NCBI GenBank assembly: GCA_017436375.1
Contig: JAFSDF010000068.1
Location: 1 to 39,288, forward strand
Origin: Clostridia bacterium
GTDB taxonomy: Bacteria; Bacillota; Clostridia; Oscillospirales; Acutalibacteraceae
DNA length: 39,288 nt
Direction: 5' to 3'
The notes beneath the pieces are model-generated. The model was not told the DNA's origin. It ran no database searches and saw only the letters and a list, made by a program, of their open reading frames with translations. This document shows, piece by piece, positions 7,934 to 17,600 of the stretch. Position 1 is the stretch's first letter, and each line of letters opens with the position of its first letter. The position numbers were made by a program, and so were the translations under genes.

Positions 7934-8920
7934 TCACACCACATTATTTTCTATTACTCTGCCCTCATGAAAGCTTCTGGCATTTTCGAGGGTAGTTATG
8001 CTTATAGCCTCGAGAGCCTCACCCGTGAGGAAGCCCTGATGTGAGGTCACTATAACATTCGGGAAGGATAAAAGTCTCGCTGTGACACTGGTTTCAAGAA
8101 TGTCATCCTCTCTGTTTTCGAAAACATTCTCTCCCTCCTCTTCATAAACATCGAGACCTACACCTGAAAACTTATGCATTCTTATACCCTTTATCAGGTC
8201 CTCGGTGCTGATGAGAGCGCCTCTGGAGGTATTTACCAGAATAACTCCATCCTTCATTTTTTCGATAGCCTCCAGATCGATAATATGATAGGTATCATTT
8301 ACCAGAGGACAATGGAGAGAAATAAGGTCGCTTCGTCTGAAAAGCTCGTCAAGACTTACATATTCGGCGAAATCAAGCCCCTGCGCCTTACCCTTATCAT
8401 AGCAAATCACCTTCATACCTATTCCGTGGCACATTTCCGCCATAGCAGAGCCTATCTTGCCCGCGCCGATAATGCCCGCAGTCTTGCCGTGGAAGTTCAT
8501 TCCCGTAAGACCTACCAAACTGAAATTGTTTTCTCTGACCTTAATGTATGCCTTATGAATATGTCTGTTTACGGCAAATGCCAGAGCGAGGGCGTGCTCG
8601 GCTACGGCTTCAGGCGAATAAGCAGGCACATGCATTACTGTTATGCCCTTTTCCTTGGCGGCGGCAAGATCCACATTATTATAGCCCGCACAGCGCAGAA
8701 GAATCAGCTTTACACCGTTTTCCGCCAGCTTTCCGATAATATTCTTATTGACCTCAGAGGCCACGAAAACACATACCGCATCATACCCCTTACTGAGATT
8801 CACCGTGTACGAGGAAATGTCTGTTTTCAGAAAATCCACAGTTATACCGTCATATTTGTCAAGTATTTTTTCAAAGGATGCCCTGTCGTATGGCTTCGTA
8901 TCGTAAAAGAGAATTTTCAT
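7934..8920 (-). CDS. ldhA: Fermentative D-lactate dehydrogenase (D-isomer-specific 2-hydroxyacid dehydrogenase)
   Basis: 328 aa that appears collinear with E. coli LdhA, as recalled from memory. Shared motifs are LRCAGYNNVD, VPAYSPEAVAEH, GKTAGIIGAGKIG, SLHCPL and NTSRGALI. The RBS is GGAAGGAG. Confidence 0.9.
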   Translation of the reverse strand: MKILFYDTKPYDRASFEKILDKYDGITVDFLKTDISSYTVNLSKGYDAVCVFVASEVNKNIIGKLAENGVKLILLRCAGYNNVDLAAAKEKGITVMHVPAYSPEAVAEHALALAFAVNRHIHKAYIKVRENNFSLVGLTGMNFHGKTAGIIGAGKIGSAMAEMCHGIGMKVICYDKGKAQGLDFAEYVSLDELFRRSDLISLHCPLVNDTYHIIDLEAIEKMKDGVILVNTSRGALISTEDLIKGIRMHKFSGVGLDVYEEEGENVFENREDDILETSVTARLLSFPNVIVTSHQGFLTGEALEAISITTLENARSFHEGRVIENNVV

Positions 8921-8959
8921 TTTAATCTCCTTCCTTTCAGTTTTATTTTAAACGCATTT

Positions 8960-10756
8960 TTACTTCTTATACTTTTCTGCCTGTAAATTAAACATATAGG
9001 AATAGGTTCCGTTCTGCTCCATCAGCTCCGAATGGCTTCCGCTTTCGATGATTCTGCCCTTTTCCATAACATAAATCCTATCCGCACCTACAGTGGTGGA
9101 AAGTCGGTGAGAGATGAATATAACGGTTTTATTCTTTGCCGCCTCTATCATCGCCTGATTAAGATTATATTCCGCTATGGGATCTAAATTTGCCGAGGGC
9201 TCATCCAAAATAACATAGGGACAGTTTTTGTAGAAGGCACGGGCAATTGCCACCTTCTGTGCTTCACCGCCGGAAAGCATTTTGCCTTCACTGTCAAACT
9301 CTCGCAGCAGCTCCGTATCGGTACCCTTTTCGAGCTTTTTGTCAAAACCGCTGTGTCTGAGAGCTTCCTTTACTCTTTCTTCATCATAGCTATCGCTGAG
9401 AGCCACATTTTCACCCGTCTTGCAGGCGAAAAGCTGGAAATCCTGAAACACTGCCGCAAAGCGGTCGCGGTGCGAGGAAACGGTAACCTCCCTGATGTCT
9501 TCGCCACCGATAAGTATCTGTCCGTCGGTGACATCGTAGAGACGGAGCAGAAGATTTGTCAGCGTAGTCTTGCCTGCACCGTTATAGCCGACGAGAGCGA
9601 TTTTCTCACAGGGCTTTATGGTCAGACTGATGTCCCGGAGCGTAGGCTCGCTGTTTCCCGGATAGGTGAAATCCAGATTTCTAATCACGATTTCCTTTGG
9701 CTTATCACAGACGGCTGTTTTTTCGCCGTCCTTTATTTTCGGCTCATATTTCAGAAATTCACGGTATTTCTCTATCATCTTTCCTCTTTCAGAGAAAATG
9801 GCCACAGCCCACACAGTCAGAAAGTTTACGGACACGGCGATAGAATATGCACCGTTGAAGGCGGCTACGAAATCACCTGCCGAAAGAGTTTCCTTTACCA
9901 GCACACAGTAACCGAGATAAAGAGGCAGTAAAAACATAAAGCCTAATATCTGTATGCCCGCATCCTGTATGAAGGAGACGAAGGAGATCTTTTTCCAGTA
10001 CCTTTTCTGATTATCAATAACATCGTCCGCCGCATCGTTATAACGGTCAATAAGAATGGGATGGATATTATTCATTCTTACTTCCTTGGCATAGTCCTGA
10101 AGGTAAAAAATACGCTGGAAATAGTCACTTCTGCGGTGGTACTCCGTGTTATCCCTTCTTCTCGCCATCTGAAGGTCTCCCCTCTTTTTACTCAGAGGCA
10201 GAAATACACCGATAATTCCGAGAATTATCAGCAGACACACAGGATCGATGGTAAGAAGGACACCGCCTATGGTAACGAAGGAAACAAGGTTACCCACATA
10301 GTTTCTCACAAGTCCTAAAAGATTAGCGATATTATCTGACGAGGACTCAATAGTAAGTATAAAGCTGTTATAAAATTCAGGGTCATCATAATTTGAAAGG
10401 TCTACGGATTTAGCCTTTTCATAGAGAGTTTTGTTCAGTCCGTAATACACTCTTTCTCTGGCTACATTCCAGAAAAACTCCTGAAAAAGCCAGGTAAAAA
10501 GCTTGCTTCCCACTAAAATGACAGCAATTAAGCCTACTGCCGTGAAAATTCTTTCGAGCCTTTCTCCCTCGGTAACCACATCGATAATATACTTAAGGCC
10601 CACCACGCTGATAAGCCTTGTGGGCAGTGTGGTAAGAATGCCTATCATAAAGTCACCGATAACAAGCACGGGTGAGATTTTAAAAAGAAGGCCTACGAAA
10701 AAGAATATGTTCGAGAAGGTGGAGTGGGCAGTTTCTCTTTTTTTCTTATCAGTCAT
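8960..10756 (-). CDS. ABC exporter, fused permease/ATPase half-transporter (second subunit of a heterodimer)
   Basis: I moved the start to MTDKKK (ATG at 10756), which overlaps the upstream stop by 8 nt (ATGACTGA). It has Walker A GYNGAGKTT, signature LSGGEAQK and Walker B ILDEPS, and the N-terminal half contains 6 TM segments. Confidence 0.85.
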   Translation of the reverse strand: MTDKKKRETAHSTFSNIFFFVGLLFKISPVLVIGDFMIGILTTLPTRLISVVGLKYIIDVVTEGERLERIFTAVGLIAVILVGSKLFTWLFQEFFWNVARERVYYGLNKTLYEKAKSVDLSNYDDPEFYNSFILTIESSSDNIANLLGLVRNYVGNLVSFVTIGGVLLTIDPVCLLIILGIIGVFLPLSKKRGDLQMARRRDNTEYHRRSDYFQRIFYLQDYAKEVRMNNIHPILIDRYNDAADDVIDNQKRYWKKISFVSFIQDAGIQILGFMFLLPLYLGYCVLVKETLSAGDFVAAFNGAYSIAVSVNFLTVWAVAIFSERGKMIEKYREFLKYEPKIKDGEKTAVCDKPKEIVIRNLDFTYPGNSEPTLRDISLTIKPCEKIALVGYNGAGKTTLTNLLLRLYDVTDGQILIGGEDIREVTVSSHRDRFAAVFQDFQLFACKTGENVALSDSYDEERVKEALRHSGFDKKLEKGTDTELLREFDSEGKMLSGGEAQKVAIARAFYKNCPYVILDEPSANLDPIAEYNLNQAMIEAAKNKTVIFISHRLSTTVGADRIYVMEKGRIIESGSHSELMEQNGTYSYMFNLQAEKYKK

Positions 10757-12575
10757 TTCTGTCCGCCTCCTTTTCACCTGTGTAGCTTGAAGCCTGAAGG
10801 GTAAACATCTCTCTGTACATTCCTTCCTCACGCATAAGCTCCTCATGGGTGCCCTGCTGTAATATTCTGCCCTCTCCGATAACGATAATCCTATCGGAAA
10901 GAACGGCTGAGGAAAGCCTGTGTGAAATGTAAAGAACAGCCTTGTTCTCGGTGGCCTTTATGAGCTCCTCATACATTTTATATTCGGCTATAGGGTCAAG
11001 AGCCGAGGAGGGCTCATCGAGTACCGCAAACTGAAAATCCTTGGCAAAAAGTCTCGCGGCGGAAACCTTCTGATTTTCACCGCCCGAAAGACCGATGCCG
11101 TCCTTGCGGAACTCTTTGGTAATCACCGTGTCACCGCCCTCGGGTAAAGCGGATATCTTTTCCCATATACCGCTCTGCTTAAGAGCCTGCTCTGCCCTCT
11201 CCTTATCCTTTTCGTCACATTCACGGCCGATGACATTCTCAAAAACAGAAAGAGCGAAGTTTTTATAATCCTGAAAAACTGCACCGAAGCTGTTACGGTA
11301 AGCGCTGAGATTATACTCCTTAATGTTAATTCCGTTGTAAAGAATTTCACCCTCCGCAGGATCGTAAAAGCGCAGAAGAAGCTTTACGAGAGTAGATTTA
11401 CCTGCACCGTTTACACCTACGAGAGCGAGAGTTTCACCCTTATTTATTTTAAAAGAAACATTCTCGAGAGAGTTTTTCTCAGCCGATGGGTAACGGAAGG
11501 TTACATTTCTGAATTCCAAGCTTTCGAAATCCCCGGGCATTCTTTCTCCCGATTTTATTTTCGGCTCGTATTCAAAAAACTCGCGGAGATTCTGAAAATA
11601 CAGTGCCATCTGTACCAAGCTGTCGAAATTCCTTGCCACAGACATAGTACTTTCTTTGACCGAGTTGATAGCCGCAAGAACCACGGAAAAGCCCGATACG
11701 GTCAGCGTGCTGCCGAAAACGAACTGATACGCCGCATAGGCATAGGTTCCGATAATAGGTATAAACTCACTGAAAAGTGAGCTTACGGTAGAATAGATAA
11801 AGAGCTTCAGACCGTAATTTTTAAGTATTACCACATTGGCATCGATAGCCGCCTTAAAGCGGTACATAAGCACGGCAAAGATATTAGAGGTCCTCATATC
11901 CTTGGAGAAATCCTTAAGAAAAACCGTTCTCTGTATGTATGCCTTTACTCGGTTATTCTTCGTCATTTCCAGATCTCGTTTATAGACGAGCTTACTTTTT
12001 ATCGTCTCTACAAAGAAAACCAAAACCACTGGAAGAAGGAAAAGAAGGTAAACGGGATCGATGGTGGTTACGGTACCGATAACCATACAGAGGGTTACCG
12101 TACTGCTTATAATATAGGCTACAGAACCGCACACCAGATCAAAATAGCTCCAGGCTAAAACATTGGTGGCTCTCTGATATTTGTCATAAAACTCAGGATT
12201 CTCGTAGCAGTCCACATCGAGAGTCAGAGCCTTGGAAAAAATCTTATTATTCAGCACCTTGAGCACATATTTGTTTGATGCGCTGACCATATAACTCGAA
12301 AGCCACTGTGTGCCGTTAACCAGCAGACAGACACCTAAAAAGGCGAGGAGAGTTAAGGAATATTCTCTGAAATCCCCTCCCCCGTCGAGAATACCCAAAA
12401 GCACCTTCAGAAAAAGTATGTTCTGAATGAACTGACCGAAAAGAGTAGCCGTAAGACTGTTTAGCAGATGGCCTATCATCAGCTTTTTATCACAATTCCA
12501 GACGGTTTTAAGGGCGTAGACGATATTTTTAAAAACAGGCACACTTCGCGCCTCCTCTAAGGGAATTCGTCTCAT
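10749..12575 (-). CDS. ABC exporter, fused permease/ATPase half-transporter (first subunit of a heterodimer)
   Basis: 608 aa with a GAGGTGA RBS. It has Walker A GVNGAGKST, signature LSGGENQK, Walker B VLDEPSSALD and H-loop ISHRL. Confidence 0.85.
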   Translation of the reverse strand: MRRIPLEEARSVPVFKNIVYALKTVWNCDKKLMIGHLLNSLTATLFGQFIQNILFLKVLLGILDGGGDFREYSLTLLAFLGVCLLVNGTQWLSSYMVSASNKYVLKVLNNKIFSKALTLDVDCYENPEFYDKYQRATNVLAWSYFDLVCGSVAYIISSTVTLCMVIGTVTTIDPVYLLFLLPVVLVFFVETIKSKLVYKRDLEMTKNNRVKAYIQRTVFLKDFSKDMRTSNIFAVLMYRFKAAIDANVVILKNYGLKLFIYSTVSSLFSEFIPIIGTYAYAAYQFVFGSTLTVSGFSVVLAAINSVKESTMSVARNFDSLVQMALYFQNLREFFEYEPKIKSGERMPGDFESLEFRNVTFRYPSAEKNSLENVSFKINKGETLALVGVNGAGKSTLVKLLLRFYDPAEGEILYNGINIKEYNLSAYRNSFGAVFQDYKNFALSVFENVIGRECDEKDKERAEQALKQSGIWEKISALPEGGDTVITKEFRKDGIGLSGGENQKVSAARLFAKDFQFAVLDEPSSALDPIAEYKMYEELIKATENKAVLYISHRLSSAVLSDRIIVIGEGRILQQGTHEELMREEGMYREMFTLQASSYTGEKEADRND

Positions 12576-12604
12576 TTTATCACCTCATTTTTTTGAAGTA
12601 ACTT

Positions 12605-12638
12605 TCAAAAAAATCCCCCCGAACTGCTGTCCGAGGGT
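12605..12638 (-). terminator. Terminator-like hairpin within the 5' leader of the ABC operon (candidate attenuator)
   Basis: On the minus strand, CCCUCGGA-CAGCAG-UUCGGGGG is followed by AUUUUUUU. It ends about 30 nt upstream of the ABC start codon. Confidence 0.45.
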
Positions 12639-12679
12639 ACAAAAATCATAAATTACGAGTGAAAGTGTAAGCTTCGCAA

Positions 12680-12751
12680 TCATTGTTTGTAAGAAGCGGA
12701 CAGAAAAGTATTCAGATTTTTCCATTCACGGTAACGGTATGAGTTTGTCAT
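12680..12751 (-). CDS. Candidate 23-codon leader peptide (MTNSYRYREWKNLNTFLSASYKQ) upstream of the ABC exporter pair
   Basis: The ATG at 12751 is preceded by GAAAGG about 10 nt upstream. The ORF lies between the predicted promoter and the terminator-like hairpin. It is not in the supplied ORF track because it is too short. Confidence 0.25.
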   Translation of the reverse strand: MTNSYRYREWKNLNTFLSASYKQ

Positions 12752-12776
12752 CTTTTTTCTGCCTTTCTTAACATAT

Positions 12777-12838
12777 TTGAGTGCAACGCATTGAGTACAA
12801 CGCAATTTTTATGATACCATATTTTGACATTTTGTCAA
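12777..12838 (-). promoter_or_regulatory. Promoter of the ABC operon with a palindromic operator and tandem 14-mers
   Basis: On the minus strand, TTGACA (12833-12838) is followed by a 16-nt spacer and TGgTATCAT (-10 at 12811-12816). The perfect palindrome TTGACA-TTT-TGTCAA (12824-12838) overlaps the -35. Tandem TTGAGTRCAACGCA units lie at 12777-12790 and 12791-12804. Confidence 0.5.
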
Positions 12839-12901
12839 TATTAACAAATAATATTTAATCAATAATTGAGTTTATTTTGTCCGGGATTACAGCTTTTTCC
12901 C

Positions 12902-13420
12902 TCACTTAAGCCTGATTCTCGAGCAGATTCTCTCCAGACACAGCACCATAAAGACTATCTGTACCGTACCCATAACTGCCGCCTGACCGAGTCGGGAAAC
13001 AGCAGTAGCAGTAAAGGGAGCACCGTAAAGAGATGAAATCCAGTAGCTGTTCATCAGCACCGTACAGAGAAGCTGAGACAGAAGCACCGAAAGAATGATA
13101 CGGGGCTTGCTCGTTTTCTTGCCTAAAAACAGTCCGTAAATCAGACCGCTAACCGCTGCCGTAAGAGTGAAGCCCGGAAAATAGGCCCCGGTAGTGGGAA
13201 AAGCCACAGCACCGATAAAGTCACCCAGACCGTAGACCGTCACCGCTCCTAAAACACCGAATCTTCTCGCCGCAATAACCACAGGAATGAAGGAGAAGGA
13301 TATGCGCAGACTCTCACTCAGAGGGATGACCAGTATTCTTGCGATTACTATCTGCATGGCAGTCAGTAGGGCAAGACAAACAAGGGTGAAGATTTTCTCT
13401 TCATTTTTTCTTTTCGACAT
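12902..13420 (-). CDS. folT: Folate-family ECF transporter S component
   Basis: I moved the start to MSKRKNEEK (ATG at 13420, AAAGGAAG RBS), giving 172 aa that are hydrophobic throughout. The gene lies directly downstream of a THF riboswitch. Confidence 0.8.
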   Translation of the reverse strand: MSKRKNEEKIFTLVCLALLTAMQIVIARILVIPLSESLRISFSFIPVVIAARRFGVLGAVTVYGLGDFIGAVAFPTTGAYFPGFTLTAAVSGLIYGLFLGKKTSKPRIILSVLLSQLLCTVLMNSYWISSLYGAPFTATAVSRLGQAAVMGTVQIVFMVLCLERICSRIRLK

Positions 13421-13486
13421 AAAAAAACACTTCCTTTGTTTTTGCCCCGCAAATGAATAAACAAAGAAAGCTATATTCCTGATTTT

Positions 13487-13585
13487 CACAGCGGGATGCG
13501 GCCTGAATATCGCAGATAAATCCTTTCGTCTCTGAAGCAACTCCCCGTCTTCAGAGCACTGAACGCACTCAAGCCTACTCTGTTT
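13487..13585 (-). promoter_or_regulatory. THF-I (tetrahydrofolate) riboswitch
   Basis: The minus strand reads ACAG-AGUAG-GCUUGAGU-GCGUU-CAGUG-CUCUGAAG-ACGGGGAGUUG-CUUCAGAG-ACGAA-...-UUCAGGCC-GCAUCCCG-CUGU. All hallmark blocks are present (AGUAG, GCGUU, GGGAGU, ACGAA, GCAUCC), along with the P1 pairing ACAG/CUGU and an 8-bp P3. Confidence 0.85.
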
Positions 13586-13600
13586 TTCGTTATTAAAAGA

Positions 13601-13629
13601 ATAATACCACCAATAATGCACATTGTCAA
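13601..13629 (-). promoter_or_regulatory. Sigma-70-type promoter driving the THF riboswitch and folT
   Basis: On the minus strand, TTGACA (13624-13629) is followed by a 17-nt spacer and TATTAT (13601-13606). Confidence 0.6.
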
Positions 13630-14008
13630 GAAAAACTGAATTCCGATATTACATTATAATTATAATGTATACATAAATGACTGAAACACCCTTAAATGCT
13701 TCGGATAACAGTAGGTTCTTTACGCTCAAGCCGCTCGGCTTTTACTTTGCCCGGGGCGGCAAAGTAAACAAAACGCCCTTCAGCGGAAACAATCCGAACG
13801 AAGAAAAGTAACGGAGTAAGGTTTTTAGTTTCCTTTATATAGCTTCCTTAGTCTGCCGCTTAGTTAAAAACGGCCTTTCTGCACTACCGTTATTTTCAGT
13901 TCTATGTTACTGCCATACCGACAGAAAGAAGGCAGGCAGTACTTTTTTGAAAACTTGTACAGGGAAATCGCTGCCGTAGTCCCTCCCCGCACAGATATTT
14001 CGTCTAAT

Positions 14009-14096
14009 ATATGCTTTGTCTCCTTAAGTATATCCGCTCCGACAGTCGCTTCCCGCTCTGTCTGCTTTTCCGTAAAGTTCTACAGGTAAGGCTTCG
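14009..14096 (+). repeat. Dispersed repeat module M2, locus B
   Basis: Homologous to 7765-7852, with a 37-nt identical core at 14036-14072. Confidence 0.9.
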
Positions 14097-14439
14097 AAAA
14101 GTTAACCGCACCTATCGAATTAAGGAGTACCCCATAAAATTAAAAGCACGGACTTTCCTTTTTCCAAAGTTTTCCCCCACAGTTCTGCTTACGGTTTCAG
14201 TAGGACTACCTGTAAAGATAAAGGACGCGTAACGGCGTGTACATAAAAAAGAACTACGGGAAAACCCGACGAAAAATGGAGATAAGGTGACTTTTCAGCG
14301 GTGATAATCTGTTTTTTCGGTAGTGCTGTCTGTAAATACACAGTAAACCGGCAGAATGAGGAAGTAGCGTAAATCAATTCCTTAAACTTTTTTTCGAAAA
14401 AATCAAATTAGCATCCGACGAGTCGTATATTCACAGCAT

Positions 14440-14640
14440 CCGAAAAGCGGTTTTGGTGACTTTTGCCAAGACAAAAGTCACTCTGCGAAGCAAATATCAC
14501 TGAATGTTTTCCTGAAACTGAGAAACCCCTTCGTCTGCTCCTGTTGGTCGCATCCACCTCCCCTGAAAGTGGAGGCTCTGCGATGTAGCATCTTCGGTGC
14601 TATTAGAACTCTCCGTCAATCCATCAATTATAATAACTTA
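14440..14640 (-). repeat. Dispersed repeat module M1, locus B (inverted relative to locus A)
   Basis: The reverse complement aligns with 7484-7760. Shared segments include TTATTATAATTGAT, the GACGGAG...CGCAGAGCCTCC...GGAGGTGGAT unit and the TTGCTTCGCAGAGTGACTTT tail. Confidence 0.9.
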
Positions 14641-14690
14641 AAAACAAAAAATCCACTGTGCAGGTCTGCTGACCTTTACAGCGGATTTTT
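14641..14690 (-). terminator. Intrinsic terminator after the giant Big_2 gene, homologous to the 7433-7483 terminator
   Basis: The minus strand reads AAAAAUCCGCUGU...ACAGUGGAUUUUUUGUUUUU: a 9-bp stem with one G-U pair, followed by a U-tract. Confidence 0.85.
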
Positions 14691-14699
14691 ATGCTCTTT

Positions 14700-17600
14700 T
14701 TATCCCTCCACGGCTTCGACTACCGTAAGAGTATATGTATCGGTAAGCTCTTCGCCGTCAGTAGTGGTTACCTTTACAGTGATTTTAACTGTACCTGTAT
14801 CCATACCCTGGACAGAGCCGTCCGTCTGATCGATAATCTTTGCGATCTCTTCGTTTTCGGAAATAAATACGATGCTTTCTATATTATCCGCATCGGCAGG
14901 AAGAACGCTGAACTCCACAGCCGTAATACCGTTAGTTACCACTGTTTCTCTGTCCTTTACAAATTCAACACCTGCTACAGGCTCGATTACGGTAAAGGGT
15001 AAGGTGTAGGTTTTTCCGGAAATACTGCTCGTTATTATGATGTTTGCCGTACCTCTGGCCTTAGCGGTAATTATGCCGTTTTCACTCACATCGGCAATAT
15101 CCTCATTATCACAGGTGAAGCTGAGCTTTTCATCGTGGTCGATGGGCTGTGCTGCAAAGACGGTGTATATGTCAGCCTCGGCTCCCTTTTTCATTATCAG
15201 AGGCAGAGAAATGAAGCCTTCGATTTCCTTGTAAACCTTGACTCTGCATACAGTCTTATAGCCGCCCTCGAGAGAGGTTACGGTAATGTCAGCCTCGCCC
15301 GCCTTATGAGCAGTTACGACACCGTTTTCGTCTACGGAGGCGATGTCGGCATCGGCACTTTCGTAGATGACATCCTTAACCGTAGCATTCTCAGGCTGAT
15401 AAACCACCTTAAGAGAAGCGGTTTCACCCTTTCTCAGACCGATCTCGCTTTCCTGAAGGTAGATGGTTATAAGCGGCACCTTGACAGTAACGGTACATTC
15501 TGCATAAGCCTCGGGATTATCCACGGCTGTAGCCCTGATTACGGCTGTACCTGACTTATCCGTGGCGGTTACCTTACCCTTACTGTCTACGGTAGCTACC
15601 GTGTCATCAGAGGTAGTCCAGATAACCTTTTTCACATCAGCATTTTCGGGAAGAACCGAGAAGGCAAGAGTCTCCGAAGCACCTCTGTCGAGTAAAAGCT
15701 CAGTTTTACTGAGTGAAACAGAATCGATGCCTGTTCTGATTTCTACCAGACAGCCGCCCTTAAAGCCGCCGTCCTCTGTCTCAGCCGTTACAAATACGAA
15801 GCCCGGCTCGTAAGCTGTGAGAACACCGTCAGCATCTACACCGGCCATCCTCTCATCACTTACTGTCCAGATTATGTTTTTGTTGTCGGCATCTGCAGGC
15901 AGAACCTCGGCCTCTATCTTGAGACCTCTGCCCACATAAGCCACTGCATCAGAGACTACATTGATTGCTTCCGCGTGCTTTCTGACTGTCACCTCACATA
16001 CAGAGGTGATGCCTGTATCCTCTGCGGTAACGGTAACGGTAGCCGTACCCTTGCCCACAGCCTTCACTTTACCTTCGCCGTCTACAGTGATTACTTCGTC
16101 GGCTGAGGAGGTGAAGGTCACATTCTTATTCGTAGTATCCTCGGGAAGAACTGCGGCACCGAGGGTGAACTCCTCACCGATATAAAGCTCATATCTTTCA
16201 GCCGTGAGCTCTATTTTTTCACTGAGAACATAAACCGAAACCTTACACTCAGCATACACATCCTCTGTCTCAGTCTGTGCTTTAATGACAGCATTACCTG
16301 CCTTAAGAGCCGTTACGAGACCGTTTTCATCTACCTTAGCCACTTCCTCATCAGAGGAGGTATAGATGACTTTCGTTTCAGTCACATTATCGGGAGTGAG
16401 TACGGGAGTGAGCTGATGTGTTTTATTCTTTTCTACTGAAAGCTCTGCTTCCATTTCGATTTCAGCGGGGAGCACGATAATCTTTATTTCGCATGTTTTC
16501 TCTACCTTGCCGCAGGCGGAGGTAAGCGTTACGGTGGCTGTGCCTGTACCTACGGTAGTAACCTTTCCGTCCTCGACGGTAAGAATATCCTTGTCTGAGG
16601 AGGTATAGGTAACCGTCTTGTCAAAGGCATTCACGGGAAGCACCTCAGGCCCGAAGGTGTAGGACTCGCCCAGCTTAAGGATTACGGATGTATCGGGAAT
16701 AATTATGTCAGTTATCTGCTGTCTTACGGTGAAGGTATACTCTGCTGCAGCACTTGTACAGGCTGAAAGAGCGGTTATTACTACCTCGGCAGTGCCTGTC
16801 TCTCCTGCTGAAAGAGCCGTTACGAGACCGTTTTCGTCTACTGTGGCGATGCTTTCATCAGAGGATGTGAAGGTAACGGTTTTATCCGTAGTGTCCTCGG
16901 GAAGAACGAGAGCATTAAGAAGTACACTGTCGCCTATCCAGAGATTATCTGTTTCTGCCGTAAGCTCGATAGCTTCTGCGTGCTTTACTACGGTTACCTT
17001 GACCGTAGCGGTAATTCTGCCCGTGTCTGCGGCGGTGGCAGTGATGAGTGTTTCACCTGCTCTGATACCTGTTACGGTGCCGTTTGCCACGGTAGCTACC
17101 GAAGACTCAGAGGATTCCCACTTGAGAGTTTTATCGTTTGCATTTTCGGGAAGAGCCTGGACGCCGAGGGTAAGCTTTTTACCTGCGCCTACGGTGTATT
17201 CGCTTTCAGTGAAGACTATCTCCTCCACAAGCTGTTTGACAGTAAAGGTACATTCTGCCGTTTTACCCTCGTCCTCAGTAGTGACGGTAACTGTGGCAGT
17301 GCCTCTGCCCACAGCGGTAACCACACCGTTTTCGTCTACGGAAACTACATTTTCATCTGAGGAGGTGAAGGTAACCTTCTGATTATGTGCATCACTGGGT
17401 GACACTGTAGGAATTAGTGTGCTTGTTTCACCCTTATTGAGTGTTACATCAGTTTTATCGAGAACTACACCGTCAACCTTCTTGACGATATGGATGTTGA
17501 TTTCCTTGGTTACTCCGGGATTATCCACGCTTATTATTCTGACTCTGCCGCTACCCATCGAAAGACCTGTAATCACACCGCTGTCGCAGGTGAAGTATTC

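Noticed and set aside
8174-8986. A 270-aa plus-strand ORF
   Set aside because: It is antisense to ldhA, whose protein appears collinear with E. coli LdhA (recalled from memory).
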